From an uncultured Nitrospiraceae bacterium (GTDB lineage Bacteria; Nitrospirota; Nitrospiria; Nitrospirales; Nitrospiraceae), in assembly GCA_963706325.1 (NCBI GenBank), contig CAVPLT010000001.1, positions 736,001 to 800,000 on the forward strand: DNA of 64,000 nucleotides, written 5' to 3'. Within the stretch, counting starts at the first letter, position 1; the number at the start of each line of letters is the position of its first letter. The position numbers and the translations under genes were made by a program. Positions 10,430-21,892 of this stretch are shown piece by piece. The notes beneath the pieces were generated by a model, which ran no database searches, was not told the DNA's origin, and worked only from the letters and a program-made list of their open reading frames with translations.

Positions 10430-11206
10430 ATGGCTCGGATCATCGCTGTCGCAAATCAGAAAGGTGGAGTGGGAAAAACCACGACCTCGGTGAATCTTGC
10501 CGCCGCGCTAGCGGTAGAAGGGGAGTCGGTCCTCTTGATTGACATCGATCCTCAGGGTAACGCGACGAGCGGTCTTGGCGTGGATCCTATGTCATTGGGA
10601 AAAACTATCTACAACGCATTGATAAGTGGGGATAGTATCGAATCCATTACTATGCAGACGGCAGTCAATGGCCTTTCGCTAGTGCCGTCCAACTCGCATC
10701 TTGCCGGGGCCGAGGTTGACCTAGTGAATATGGAAGGCCGCGAACAGCGTCTCAAAGAGGCCTTGTCTGACGTCATCGGCCGCTATGCTACGATTTTGCT
10801 GGATTGCCCTCCCGCCCTCGGACTCCTGACCATCAATGCGATGGTGGCTGCCCACTCTGTCCTCATCCCGGTGCAATGCGAATATTATGCGATGGAGGGG
10901 CTAGGCCGACTCATGGAGAGCATTCAACGGCTCAGGCAATCTCTCAATCCTGAGTTGGAAATCGAGGGGATTGTGCTCACGATGTACGACGCTCGTAATT
11001 CCCTGGCTCGTCAGGTCGTGGAGCAAATTCGAGGACATTTTAAGGAGAATGTGTATCAAACGATGATTCCCCGCAATGTGACGTTAGCGGAGGCGCCCAG
11101 TTATGGCCGGCCCGCGTTGCTCTATAACGTCGCGTCAGCCGGAGCCCAAGCCTATCTTTCACTAGCCAAGGAGTTTGTGGTCCATGGAGAAAAAAGCGCT
11201 CGGTAG
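10430..11206 (+). CDS. parA: Chromosome partitioning ATPase ParA/Soj
   Basis: NQKGGVGKTTT, DIDPQGNAT, DCPP, PVQCEYYA, LAEAPSYG. Confidence 0.96.
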   Translation: MARIIAVANQKGGVGKTTTSVNLAAALAVEGESVLLIDIDPQGNATSGLGVDPMSLGKTIYNALISGDSIESITMQTAVNGLSLVPSNSHLAGAEVDLVNMEGREQRLKEALSDVIGRYATILLDCPPALGLLTINAMVAAHSVLIPVQCEYYAMEGLGRLMESIQRLRQSLNPELEIEGIVLTMYDARNSLARQVVEQIRGHFKENVYQTMIPRNVTLAEAPSYGRPALLYNVASAGAQAYLSLAKEFVVHGEKSAR

Positions 11207-12032
11207 AGGCCTCGACGCATTGTTGCCGACTGGTAGAACCACGGCGGAGCCGGAGCGTGGCGATGTGCAGGAATTACGCCTCGAGTCGATTGTACCAAAC
11301 CGGTTTCAGCCTCGACAGCAATTCTCTGAGGTTGAGTTGGCAGAATTGACTGCTTCCTTGAAGCAGAATGGCCTCCTCCAACCAATCTTGGTGCGGCGCA
11401 AAGGTGACGGCATTTTTGAATTGATCGCTGGTGAGAGGCGCCTGAGAGCGGCTAAGTTAGCGGGAATGCAGAATATTCCTGCTCTTGTTCGAAATGTATC
11501 CGATCAGGAGTCGATGGTGCTGGCGCTGGTAGAGAACCTTCAGCGCGATGATCTCAACCCCATGGAGACAGCGCGGGCATATCGGCGCATGTTGAACGAA
11601 TTCGGTCTGACGCAGGAGGCGATTGCACAAAAAGTGGCCCGCGATCGTTCGTCCGTCGCGAACCTGCTGCGGTTGATGTCGCTTCCCCCTGACGTACAAC
11701 AGATGGTTGAGTCGGATCAGCTTTCCGCAGGACATGCCAAGGTGATCCTGGGCCTTATAACGCCGGCCGCCCAGTTACATTTGGCGCAGCAGATTGTCAA
11801 AGACCAATTGTCCGTGCGCGAGGCCGAACAACTTGTGCAGGCACATGCCGGGGCGCGGAAGACAGGGAAGCGACCGCTGCGGGTCCCATTACGATCCGAC
11901 CTGGAGGAACGATTGCAAAAGCGTTTTGGAACCAGGGTAGATGTTCAAAAGCGACGCCGGGGCGGCAAAATCGTCATTCATTATTTTTCACCAGAAGAAT
12001 TGGACGGCGTGGTCGAGCGACTCCTTAACTAG
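11184..12032 (+). CDS. parB: Chromosome partitioning protein ParB/Spo0J
   Basis: KKALGRGLDALL, GLLQPI, AGERRLRA, ENLQRDDLN, HTH. Confidence 0.96.
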   Translation: MEKKALGRGLDALLPTGRTTAEPERGDVQELRLESIVPNRFQPRQQFSEVELAELTASLKQNGLLQPILVRRKGDGIFELIAGERRLRAAKLAGMQNIPALVRNVSDQESMVLALVENLQRDDLNPMETARAYRRMLNEFGLTQEAIAQKVARDRSSVANLLRLMSLPPDVQQMVESDQLSAGHAKVILGLITPAAQLHLAQQIVKDQLSVREAEQLVQAHAGARKTGKRPLRVPLRSDLEERLQKRFGTRVDVQKRRRGGKIVIHYFSPEELDGVVERLLN

Positions 12033-12187
12033 CTAGAGTGGAATATTATGGGGAAGATTTTTCCCTCTCGGCCAGAGTAGAATGCCGACTTGGTTTATTG
12101 GCCTGAATGGAAAATTATCCGGTAGGTGATTGAGATCCTCCCGGTCTGATCAACTGAATTGAAGCAACCCCGTGGGAGGTATGAGCG

Positions 12188-12670
12188 ATGTGGATTAAAG
12201 AAAAACAGGACGGGAAGCGTCCGGCAGGACAAGGCGAAGGAGCTGATATGGACAATTTAGAAGCTGCGGCACCGCGCGAAGGGAACGAAGAGATCAATGC
12301 CTTTGTTGGGAAGGGCGTCAGCTTTAAGGGGGTCATTTCCTACAACGGCACCGTACGAATCGATGGCAATCTCGATGGTGAAATCCATACGGAAGGCGTG
12401 TTGTTGGTCGGTGAGGATGCGGTCTTGACCGCGAAGATCACCGCCGGTACCGTCGTGTGCAAAGGGAAAATCACCGGCGACATCAGTGCTCGCGAGAAAG
12501 TGAAGCTGCGCGCCCCCGCTGTCGTGAATGCCGGCGTGAAAGCCCCACTCATCTCCATGGAGGAAGGCGTCGTATTCAACGGGACGTTGGAAATGAGTCA
12601 GTCGGCGACGCGGGAGCCGCAGGGGCAGGGGGCCACGCGGGGGCAGAGCGTCAAGTTGGTGGGCGGATAG
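12188..12670 (+). CDS. Bactofilin (polymer-forming cytoskeletal protein)
   Basis: VGKGVSFKGVISYNGTVRIDGNLDGEI...ISMEEGVVFNG beta-helix. Confidence 0.9.
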   Translation: MWIKEKQDGKRPAGQGEGADMDNLEAAAPREGNEEINAFVGKGVSFKGVISYNGTVRIDGNLDGEIHTEGVLLVGEDAVLTAKITAGTVVCKGKITGDISAREKVKLRAPAVVNAGVKAPLISMEEGVVFNGTLEMSQSATREPQGQGATRGQSVKLVGG

Positions 12671-12798
12671 ACCACCTGAAGGGCAAATCCGTGGACAGAA
12701 TCGCGCTTGGCTTGTATGCAGAAGTCAGGCGCGGTGATCTTGTACGCAGGTCGCGCCCCGGCCGGTCACAGTGGTTGGGTGTGTGAAGGAGGTCGCCG

Positions 12799-13254
12799 AT
12801 GTGGGGTGAGACAAAAAAGCAGCCCGTCGCGGAAGATGACAAGTTTACATTTCTCGGGAAGGGAACGAGCTTTAAAGGGATTGTCACGTTTGACGGCACG
12901 GTCCGTATCGATGGCCGCGTCGAGGGTGAAGTGCATACAGGCGGAGCGGTCATCATTGGCGAAAGCGCAATCATCAAGGGAGTGATCTCTGCCGGTTCCG
13001 TCGCCATCAGTGGGCGGGTCAAAGGTACGGTGACCGCGCTCCAGAAGGTTGAGCTTCAAAAACCCGGCATTCTCATCGGGGACATTCAGAGTCCGGTTAT
13101 TATAATTGAGGAAGGCGCTCATTTTCACGGCCTGAGTAACATGGGCGCAGAGAAATGGGTGGAGGACGATGTGACGGAACTCGGCTCGCCGCCGGATTCA
13201 GGGGTGCGTGACCTCGTCGCACATCGCGGTAAAGCCAAAACGTACGAACCGTAA
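12799..13254 (+). CDS. Bactofilin, second paralog
   Basis: LGKGTSFKGIVTFDGTVRIDGRVEGEV...IIEEGAHFHG. Confidence 0.9.
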   Translation: MWGETKKQPVAEDDKFTFLGKGTSFKGIVTFDGTVRIDGRVEGEVHTGGAVIIGESAIIKGVISAGSVAISGRVKGTVTALQKVELQKPGILIGDIQSPVIIIEEGAHFHGLSNMGAEKWVEDDVTELGSPPDSGVRDLVAHRGKAKTYEP

Positions 13255-13285
13255 CCGCTCGTCCAGCCTTCTCTCGGAACCCTTT

Positions 13286-14368
13286 ATGACACGTCCAACA
13301 GTGCTGCTTGGCATGAGCGGCGGAGTGGATAGCTCCGTCGCCGCTTCCCTCTTGGTGCGCCAGGGATATGATGTTCATGGCGTCACGCTCCAGGTTTGGG
13401 AACATGAGGATGAGCAGGTAGCCGCATCCAAGCGGTGGGAGGAGCGTGGCTGTTGCAAGATTGGCATTGCCAAGTTCGTCGCGCAGCGCCTGGACATCCC
13501 TTACGAAGTCGTTGACCGCCGCGAAGCATTTCAACAAGGGGTGATCGAAGACTTCGTGGAGGGCTATGCGTCCGGCACGACGCCCAATCCTTGCGTACGA
13601 TGCAACGAGCGCGTGAAGCTGCGCTCTCTGTATGATTTGGCGCAGGAGCGAGGGATGGATTATGTGGCTACCGGACACTACGCGCGTGTTCAACAGGCGG
13701 CGGGAGTATGGACACTGCACCGGGCGTTGGACCAGCGCAAGGATCAAAGTTATTTCCTGTACCGTCTCAGCGCCGATTGGCTGCCTCGTCTGATGTTTCC
13801 GGTCGGACATATGCAGAAGCGCGAGGTATGGCAGGAGGCCGAATCGCTTGGTTTGCCGGTGGATGAACTCAAGGAAAGCCAGGAAATTTGTTTTGTAAGT
13901 CATGGCGACTATCGCACCTTTATCGAGCAAGAGCGTCCGGAGGTGAAGCAGCCTGGCCCATTTGTGGGAGTGGATGGTGAGGTCCTCGGGCAGCACGAAG
14001 GTATCGCCTTTTACACCCCTGGCCAGCGGCGTGGATTGGGGATCGCGGTCGGGCAGAGGCTCTATGTTCAGAAGGTCGTGCCGGAGTCGAGCCGAGTGGT
14101 GCTGTGCACGGAAGATCAGCTGGTCCAGACGGATTGCTACGTAGGTGATCTCAGTCTCCTAGATCTCAGAGTCAATCGGCAAGTGATGGAGGCTGAGGTG
14201 AAGATTCGTTATGCGACGCCTCCGTCGACTTCCACTCTCGTACCTTCGGAGAACGGAACGCTCCACCTTCGATTCCATCAGCCGCAACGTGCACTCAGTC
14301 CCGGCCAATCCGCGGTATTTTACGATGGCGACCGAGTCCTCGGCGGCGGGATCATCCAGCGTGCCTAG
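13286..14368 (+). CDS. mnmA: tRNA-specific 2-thiouridylase
   Basis: GMSGGVDSSV, TPNPCVRCN, ATGHYA, KDQSYFL, ESQEICF, PGQSAVFY. Confidence 0.96.
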   Translation: MTRPTVLLGMSGGVDSSVAASLLVRQGYDVHGVTLQVWEHEDEQVAASKRWEERGCCKIGIAKFVAQRLDIPYEVVDRREAFQQGVIEDFVEGYASGTTPNPCVRCNERVKLRSLYDLAQERGMDYVATGHYARVQQAAGVWTLHRALDQRKDQSYFLYRLSADWLPRLMFPVGHMQKREVWQEAESLGLPVDELKESQEICFVSHGDYRTFIEQERPEVKQPGPFVGVDGEVLGQHEGIAFYTPGQRRGLGIAVGQRLYVQKVVPESSRVVLCTEDQLVQTDCYVGDLSLLDLRVNRQVMEAEVKIRYATPPSTSTLVPSENGTLHLRFHQPQRALSPGQSAVFYDGDRVLGGGIIQRA

Positions 14369-14412
14369 GGACCGACGTTCCTCTTCCTTCACTTCAACGC
14401 TCACTCGCATCC

Positions 14413-14442
14413 TTGACAGTACCCGCTTTTGAATGCTAACTT
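14413..14442 (+). promoter_or_regulatory. Putative sigma70 promoter of the atp F1 operon
   Basis: TTGACA-18 bp-TAACTT with extended -10 TG. Confidence 0.55.
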
Positions 14443-14520
14443 GGCGCGCTTTTTGTCGTGCCCGCCGCACGGAAGCTTTCCCTTTGATCAAAACACGGTT
14501 AACCACAGCGGATAGTCAAT

Positions 14521-15060
14521 TTGATTAAGACAGCCGTCGCACGTCGATACGCAAAAGCTCTGTTCGAACTTCTTGATGCGTCCAGGGTGGAGCCTGCCCG
14601 CGTGGCCTTGCAGGGCCTCGGGGAGGCATTTTCGCAATCGGCTGCCTTACGCCATGCCGTCGCCTCACCTGTCTTTCCGGAAGAATCAAAATTGAGCGTG
14701 TTGATCGAGTTGGCCACCCGTCTCGGATGCCCACCGATCGGCAAGAAATTTTTGGATCAGTTGGTAAAAAAAAATCGGGTGAGTTTCCTGCCAGACATTG
14801 CCGAGGCCTTCGCCAAATTAGTGGATGCGTCCAAGGGGACCCTAAAAGTCTCGGTGTCATCCGCGAACGCGATGCCTGTTGTCGAGCAAGAGCGAATCAC
14901 TACTCGGTTGCGCGACTTCTTGAAGCGCGACGTGGATGTCACATTTCATGCCGAACCTAAACATGTCGCCGGCCTTCATATCCGCCTGGGCAGTACCGTC
15001 GTAGACAGCACGGTCAGGGGCCGACTGAGCGCCATGCAGCGTATGTTGACCAAGGAGTAG
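14521..15060 (+). CDS. atpH: ATP synthase F1 delta
   Basis: [10 protein letters not shown]...[13 protein letters not shown]; precedes atpA. Confidence 0.93.
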   Translation: MIKTAVARRYAKALFELLDASRVEPARVALQGLGEAFSQSAALRHAVASPVFPEESKLSVLIELATRLGCPPIGKKFLDQLVKKNRVSFLPDIAEAFAKLVDASKGTLKVSVSSANAMPVVEQERITTRLRDFLKRDVDVTFHAEPKHVAGLHIRLGSTVVDSTVRGRLSAMQRMLTKE

Positions 15061-15062
15061 CC

Positions 15063-16580
15063 ATGCAGATCAAGGCAGAAGAGATCAGCTCCATCATCAA
15101 AGAGAAGATCAAAGGCTTCGACCAACAGGTCGACGTCAGCCAAACCGGCTCAGTCATCCAGGTCGGAGACGGAATTGCCAAGGTCTACGGATTAGACGGC
15201 GCCATGGCCGGTGAGATGCTGGAGTTTCCGGGCGGTCTATACGGCATTGCGTTAAACCTCGAAGAGGACAATGTCGGCGCCGTGTTGATGGGTGACGATG
15301 TCGGAATAAAAGAGGGTGATCCGGTCAAGAGGACCGGCCGCATCGCCGAAATCCCGGTCGGCGAAGCGTTAATCGGACGGGTGGTAAACGCCATCGGCCA
15401 GCCGATTGACGGCAAGGGCCCAATCACTTCACCGCATTCTTCCCGTATCGAAATGGTAGCGCCCGGAGTGAATACCCGCCAATCCGTTCGCGAGCCACTG
15501 CAAACCGGTATCAAGGCCATTGACGCCATGATTCCAATCGGTCGTGGCCAGCGGGAATTGATCATCGGTGATCGACAGACCGGCAAGACCGCCATCGCCG
15601 TGGATACCATCATCAATCAGAAGGGTCTTGGCGTATTCTGTATCTATGTCGCGGTCGGTCAGAAGCGTTCAACCGTCGCCCGCGTAGTGAAGACTCTCGA
15701 AGAGAACCACGCGATGGAATACAGCATGGTGGTCGCGGCGACCGCCAGTGATCCTGCCCCGATGCAGTACTTAGCGCCATTCTCGGGTGCCGCGCTCGGT
15801 GAATATTTCCGCGATAACGGCAAGCATGCGCTCATTGTGTATGACGACCTGTCGAAGCACGCCGTGGCCTATCGCCAGCTCTCCCTGCTGCTCCGCCGTC
15901 CGCCGGGACGCGAGGCCTATCCGGGCGATGTCTTCTATCTGCACTCCCGGTTGTTAGAGCGTGCCGCGAAGCTGAGCGACAAGCTAGGTGGAGGAAGTTT
16001 GACGGCTCTTCCGATCATCGAAACCCAAGCTGGTGACGTGTCAGCCTACATTCCGACCAACGTCATTTCAATCACGGATGGACAGATTTATCTGGGGAGT
16101 GACTTGTTCTATTCCGGTATTCGTCCCGCCATCAACGTCGGTTTGTCCGTCTCCCGCGTGGGCGGTTCGGCGCAGATCAAAACCATGAAGCAGGTTGCAG
16201 GAACCTTGCGATTGGATCTCGCGCAGTATCGTGAAATGGCGGCGTTCTCCCAGTTCGGTAGCGAACTCGACAAGGCCACGCAAATGCAGTTGGCCCGTGG
16301 TGTGCGCATGGTGGAACTGCTCAAGCAAGGGCAGTACAAACCGATGCCGGTGGCGGATCAGGTGTTGTCGATCTATGCCGGAGTCAACGGATTTTTGGAC
16401 GACGTGCCGGTGGACAAAGTGCTGGCATTCGAGGCGGACCTGCTTCGCTACGTCGCGCAGAACCATCAAGACATGCGGAAGGATCTCGCCACCGTCGGAA
16501 AAATCGACGACAAGGTGGGCGGCAAGCTCAAAGAGATCATCACGACGTTCAAGCAGAAAATGGGCTATGGAGGAAAGTAA
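15063..16580 (+). CDS. atpA: ATP synthase F1 alpha
   Basis: [31 protein letters not shown]. Confidence 0.98.
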   Translation: MQIKAEEISSIIKEKIKGFDQQVDVSQTGSVIQVGDGIAKVYGLDGAMAGEMLEFPGGLYGIALNLEEDNVGAVLMGDDVGIKEGDPVKRTGRIAEIPVGEALIGRVVNAIGQPIDGKGPITSPHSSRIEMVAPGVNTRQSVREPLQTGIKAIDAMIPIGRGQRELIIGDRQTGKTAIAVDTIINQKGLGVFCIYVAVGQKRSTVARVVKTLEENHAMEYSMVVAATASDPAPMQYLAPFSGAALGEYFRDNGKHALIVYDDLSKHAVAYRQLSLLLRRPPGREAYPGDVFYLHSRLLERAAKLSDKLGGGSLTALPIIETQAGDVSAYIPTNVISITDGQIYLGSDLFYSGIRPAINVGLSVSRVGGSAQIKTMKQVAGTLRLDLAQYREMAAFSQFGSELDKATQMQLARGVRMVELLKQGQYKPMPVADQVLSIYAGVNGFLDDVPVDKVLAFEADLLRYVAQNHQDMRKDLATVGKIDDKVGGKLKEIITTFKQKMGYGGK

Positions 16581-16682
16581 GATTGAGTGGTGATGTGGTC
16601 TGGTGATGTGATCTAACCCGCGAGGCCGCAGGACCTCAGCACATTGAATTGGCCCAACCTCCACCGTCTGCTTCCGTAAAAA

Positions 16683-17565
16683 ATGCCGAGCTTACAATCA
16701 CTCCGGCTGAAAATTGCCGCCTTCAAGAATACGCAAAAGATCACGAAAGCCATGAAAATGGTTGCGGCGGCGAAGCTCAAGCGCGCTCAGGACCGTATTT
16801 TGGCAGCGCGACCCTATGCCCATAAGATGCGAGGCGTGCTGCGTAATCTGAGCCAACGCGCGAATCGGAGCGCTCATCCTCTACTGCAGAAGCGCGAGGG
16901 AAAGAAAGTTGAAAATCTCGTTGTCACCAGTGTTCGCGGTCATTGCGGTGGCTTCAACGGCAACATCGTGAGAAAGAGCGCCGAATTCGTTCGACAGTGT
17001 GAAGCGCAGGGACTGACGGTCAATCTCAGCATTATCGGTCGCAAGGGTCGTGACTATTTCAGGCGGCGTTCCTGGCCTATCAGGCAGGAATGGGCTGGTA
17101 TTTTCGACAAACTGAGTTTCGAGCATGCGATCGACATCGGCGGCGATCTCACATTTTTTGAGGGGCACGTTCGATGAGCTCTACGTGGGTTACAACGAAT
17201 TTAAGTCTGCGATCCAACAGCGGGTGATCGTGGAAAAATTATTTCCCATTGATGCGGCGACCGATTCGGGGCCGGCCAAAGCGAGGTACACGAGTCTGCC
17301 ATCGGCGGTAGTTATCTCTACGAGCCGGACGAGGGCCAGCTACTGAGTGTCCTGGTCCCGAAACATTTTCAAATTCAGGCGTATCGCATCCTGCTGGAAT
17401 CGGCGGCTGCCGAACACGGGGCGCGCATGGCGGCCATGGACGGCGCGACCCGCAATGCAGGCCAGCTGATTAAAGAAGGTGACCTTGTACTACAACAAGA
17501 CTCGCCAGACAGCGATTACTAAAGAACTGATGGACATCGTCGGCGGCGCGGAGGCTCTGAAATGA
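16683..17565 (+). pseudogene. atpG: ATP synthase F1 gamma with three frameshifts (probably sequencing/assembly error)
   Basis: TQKITKAMKMVAAAK (frame A), FDELYV..YNEFKSAIQQ (frame B from ~17160), YLYEP...AAEHGARMAAMDGATRNA (frame A from ~17300), [26 protein letters not shown] (frame B from ~17475). Confidence 0.9.
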
Positions 17566-17597
17566 AATGTGGACTGAGGAATGCTGCCTTGCGGTAA

Positions 17598-19076
<1,479 letters not shown>

Positions 19077-19078
19077 GG

Positions 19079-19175
19079 AGAGGGGCCAACCGAGCGTCCT
19101 CTTTGCTCGCGCAACGCGCAGTCTCGGAGGACCCTCGTCGGACGCGCCCAGTAGAGGACGCCCGCTTCGCCCTCT
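19079..19175. repeat. Nested inverted-repeat intergenic element (REP/MITE-like)
   Basis: AGAGGG(19079)/CCCTCT(19170-19175) and GCGTCCTCT(19094-19102)/AGAGGACGC(19153-19161). Confidence 0.55.
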
Positions 19176-19200
19176 ATAGGACAAGGGAGTAGGAAGAAGA

Positions 19201-19623
19201 ATGGCTGGAAAGATTTTGTTGGAAGTGGTCACGCCGGAGAAGTTGCTCTTGAGCCAGGATGTCGATATGGTGATTGCGCCAGGCTCTGAAGGAGAGTTCG
19301 GTGTGTTGCCGGGCCACTGCCATTTCCTTTCCACGCTACGTATCGGAGAGCTTCGGTATCAGACGGATGAAATCTGGCACTACATGTCGGTCCTTTGGGG
19401 CTTTGCCGAAGTGACGCCCACCAAAGTCACGGTCATGGCGGAAATCGCCGAAAACGCGGAAGACATTGATGTTGATCGAGCCCAGCGAGCGGTTGAACTG
19501 GCTGAACAACGCCTTAAAGCCGGTGGTCTCCCGTCCGAGGTGAAAGACGCTCAAATCAGTTTCGAGAAGGCCCGTCTTCGCAAGAAGCTCGCTGACCGCG
19601 CCCGCAAGACAGGACGCGCCTAG
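19201..19623 (+). CDS. atpC: ATP synthase F1 epsilon
   Basis: LEVVTPEK, GEFGVLPGH, GFAEV. Confidence 0.95.
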   Translation: MAGKILLEVVTPEKLLLSQDVDMVIAPGSEGEFGVLPGHCHFLSTLRIGELRYQTDEIWHYMSVLWGFAEVTPTKVTVMAEIAENAEDIDVDRAQRAVELAEQRLKAGGLPSEVKDAQISFEKARLRKKLADRARKTGRA

Positions 19624-20153
19624 CTCGCGGTTCTCGTTCGTGTCATTCTTTCTTTTCCCCAAAGTGTCCGCCTTTCGCTTCTGCCCAGCCGAACCATGGC
19701 CGTGCGATCAATGGATTCGGTCGTCCCACACGAAACCTTTCCTTGACGGAACAATCTTCTCTGCCATCTCTATGATAGAGCACGAGAGTGTACTCTCGAT
19801 ACCAGATTTATCTCGCGAGGCGTCCTGTCGTGCGATGCTGGATGACTGCAGCAAGCATCGCTTTGGTACGCTGTTGATAGGTGTGAGCTGGGCACGCCTT
19901 TCGGCTGTTGCCAGCAGGCCGAGGGTTTCCTGCCGGTTGGTGACACCTACCCTGCGCGCGAAATGTGACATTTCAAACTGACCTCACTCAAGCACACAGT
20001 CGCAGCCGCTCGATACCGTATGACCTGGTTGACAACCTATGCGCATCTAAAGCTGGCGGTTCTGCCGCCTGTCCGGCAGGCACTGAACGCTTGCAATCCA
20101 TCCCAGGGAAGTTCCAGTGTTCTGTCACCGACCCTGCCGGACTCCAGACCGTG

Positions 20154-20747
20154 TCATTTGACGGGAATGCTGATCATGATCGCTCCCATGACATCATTGA
20201 TTTTGAAGTCACGTTTAGGGCTGTCTTGATGGGCATTGTGGCAGCCGATGCAAGCCTGGGTTACAGCAAGATCGGGATATACGGCCTGGAAGTAACTAAC
20301 GCCCCCTTCCTTCACAAACCCCGTATGAGGTTTGGTGGGATGAGTGAGCACCGCACCCAGCCCTGTCTTCTCAAATTCGCTGGCGGCGGCGTTCCGCTTG
20401 TTGATTGGCCAGAGGCTGATCAATCGATACTGTATGCCAATTCCTTTTTTGGCCATGACGCGCCCTGACTCCAACAGGAATTGAGCTGGCAGCGGCAGCG
20501 TATTCTTCTGTTCCCAATTTTCGGACGCGACCACCACGCCTTTGGACTGCAAGCGCTCGACGACGTGCCTAGTGTAGACATCCCGATCCGCTTCGATCAC
20601 CGCGTGCACATAATCCGCCACCGTCTCGATCGGCAGACTGATCGATCCACCGTCCGCCGTTGTGGTGGTCGGTCGGATCATATCGACGACGGCCAATCCG
20701 CAGGCCAGCATGAGTAGACCCCGGAGCATCTGGGTGGAGAATGTCAT
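20154..20747 (-). CDS. Exported DUF3365/Tll0287-like c-type heme protein
   Basis: Signal peptide; LPLPAQF, YRLISLWPIN, ACIGCHNAH (CxxCH), DVMGAI. Confidence 0.8.
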   Translation of the reverse strand: MTFSTQMLRGLLMLACGLAVVDMIRPTTTTADGGSISLPIETVADYVHAVIEADRDVYTRHVVERLQSKGVVVASENWEQKNTLPLPAQFLLESGRVMAKKGIGIQYRLISLWPINKRNAAASEFEKTGLGAVLTHPTKPHTGFVKEGGVSYFQAVYPDLAVTQACIGCHNAHQDSPKRDFKINDVMGAIMISIPVK

Positions 20748-21185
20748 AAGAACCTCCTGGTTATCCCCGTGAACACGTCGGCACGAGATGCCGCGTCTCT
20801 ATAGGGAGGTGAACCGAGTGCGATCCAGAGGCCGACTGTATGGCTAAGAACAGCGTGGCTGGGTTCAACGGGAAGACGGAATCGGGAGTTTTAAAACACT
20901 GAAAGGGGATGTAAATGAGGTGTGGGCACGGGCGACAATCGAGATGGCTCAAGTTCTTCGTGACGGGCACGTCATAGGAAGGTCCCGAAGGCATCGCCCG
21001 GTTCCTCCATCTGTATGATGCGGCGTGCCCACCAGATCACACAATGACCCATCATACGCTGCAACGTGGAAGTTGTCCAACCGTCCAGAAGCGCAACAGC
21101 CATCGGTGGCCAGCAATGACAATGGGGCCATTTTTCACGCATCCAGGACGTATCCGGATTGCCCCTTTGTTGCCGTGCGAAAGAA

Positions 21186-21761
21186 TTATTGGTTCAGCGG
21201 GATTTCAATGACTAACGCACCCATCACATCATTGAGCGCAAAATCACGTTTGGGGCTTTCCGGGTGCGCATTGTGGCACGCAATACAGGCCTGCGTGACG
21301 GCGCGGTCAGCGTAAACGGCTTGAAAATATCGTTGGCTGGTGGTAGTGACGGTGCTAGCGGCGGATTGTTCAGGGTGTTGCCGTACGGCCTCCAAGCTGT
21401 TCCGTTCCGACTCGGTGGCCGGGGCGTTCTGAGGGTTGATTGGCCACAGACTCATGAGGCGATAACGAACTTTGGTTCCCGTCATGGTGGCCAGGTCATT
21501 CGCCTCGCGAAGGAATTGGGCCGGCAACGGCAAGGTCGTCTTGTCCCTGCGCCAGGTTTCCGCCGCAGATGTGCTGCCTTGCTTCTGCATGCGCTCGACA
21601 ACGTGAATGGTATAGAAAGTCCGGTTAGCCTCTATAACCGCATGCAAATAGTCCGCAACTTGTTCGGGCGGGATTCCCGGCAAGTCCGCCGCCTGGCTTG
21701 TCTGTACAAGTGCGACGAACACCGTCATGCATGTGGCAACCAACGCCTGCTTGATCCCCAT
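21186..21761 (-). CDS. Exported DUF3365/Tll0287-like c-type heme protein, paralog
   Basis: Signal peptide; LPLPAQF, YRLMSLWPIN, ACIACHNAH, DVMGAL. Confidence 0.8.
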   Translation of the reverse strand: MGIKQALVATCMTVFVALVQTSQAADLPGIPPEQVADYLHAVIEANRTFYTIHVVERMQKQGSTSAAETWRRDKTTLPLPAQFLREANDLATMTGTKVRYRLMSLWPINPQNAPATESERNSLEAVRQHPEQSAASTVTTTSQRYFQAVYADRAVTQACIACHNAHPESPKRDFALNDVMGALVIEIPLNQ

Positions 21762-21892
21762 GGCTGCACCTCCTTTTCCTGAGGTCGAACCAACGCTCTA
21801 CGTTCAGCATAGGCGGATTTCCAACTGGAGGCAACGAGCCGATGTTCTCACGTTTGCATTTCGACAGATCCCTGCCGTAGCGTACAGGACTT

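Noticed and set aside
12671..12790. GGGCAAA motif suggesting a c-di-GMP-I riboswitch between the bactofilins
   Set aside because: Lacks the GAAA-capped stem and the GACGCAAAGC-like segment
16588..16613. Two tandem 13-mers TGGTGATGTG(G/A)TC
   Set aside because: Only two copies, no spacers, in a region of suspect quality; not a CRISPR
19640..20150. Short ORFs between atpC and the DUF3365-like gene
   Set aside because: No SD, motif or protein-like composition
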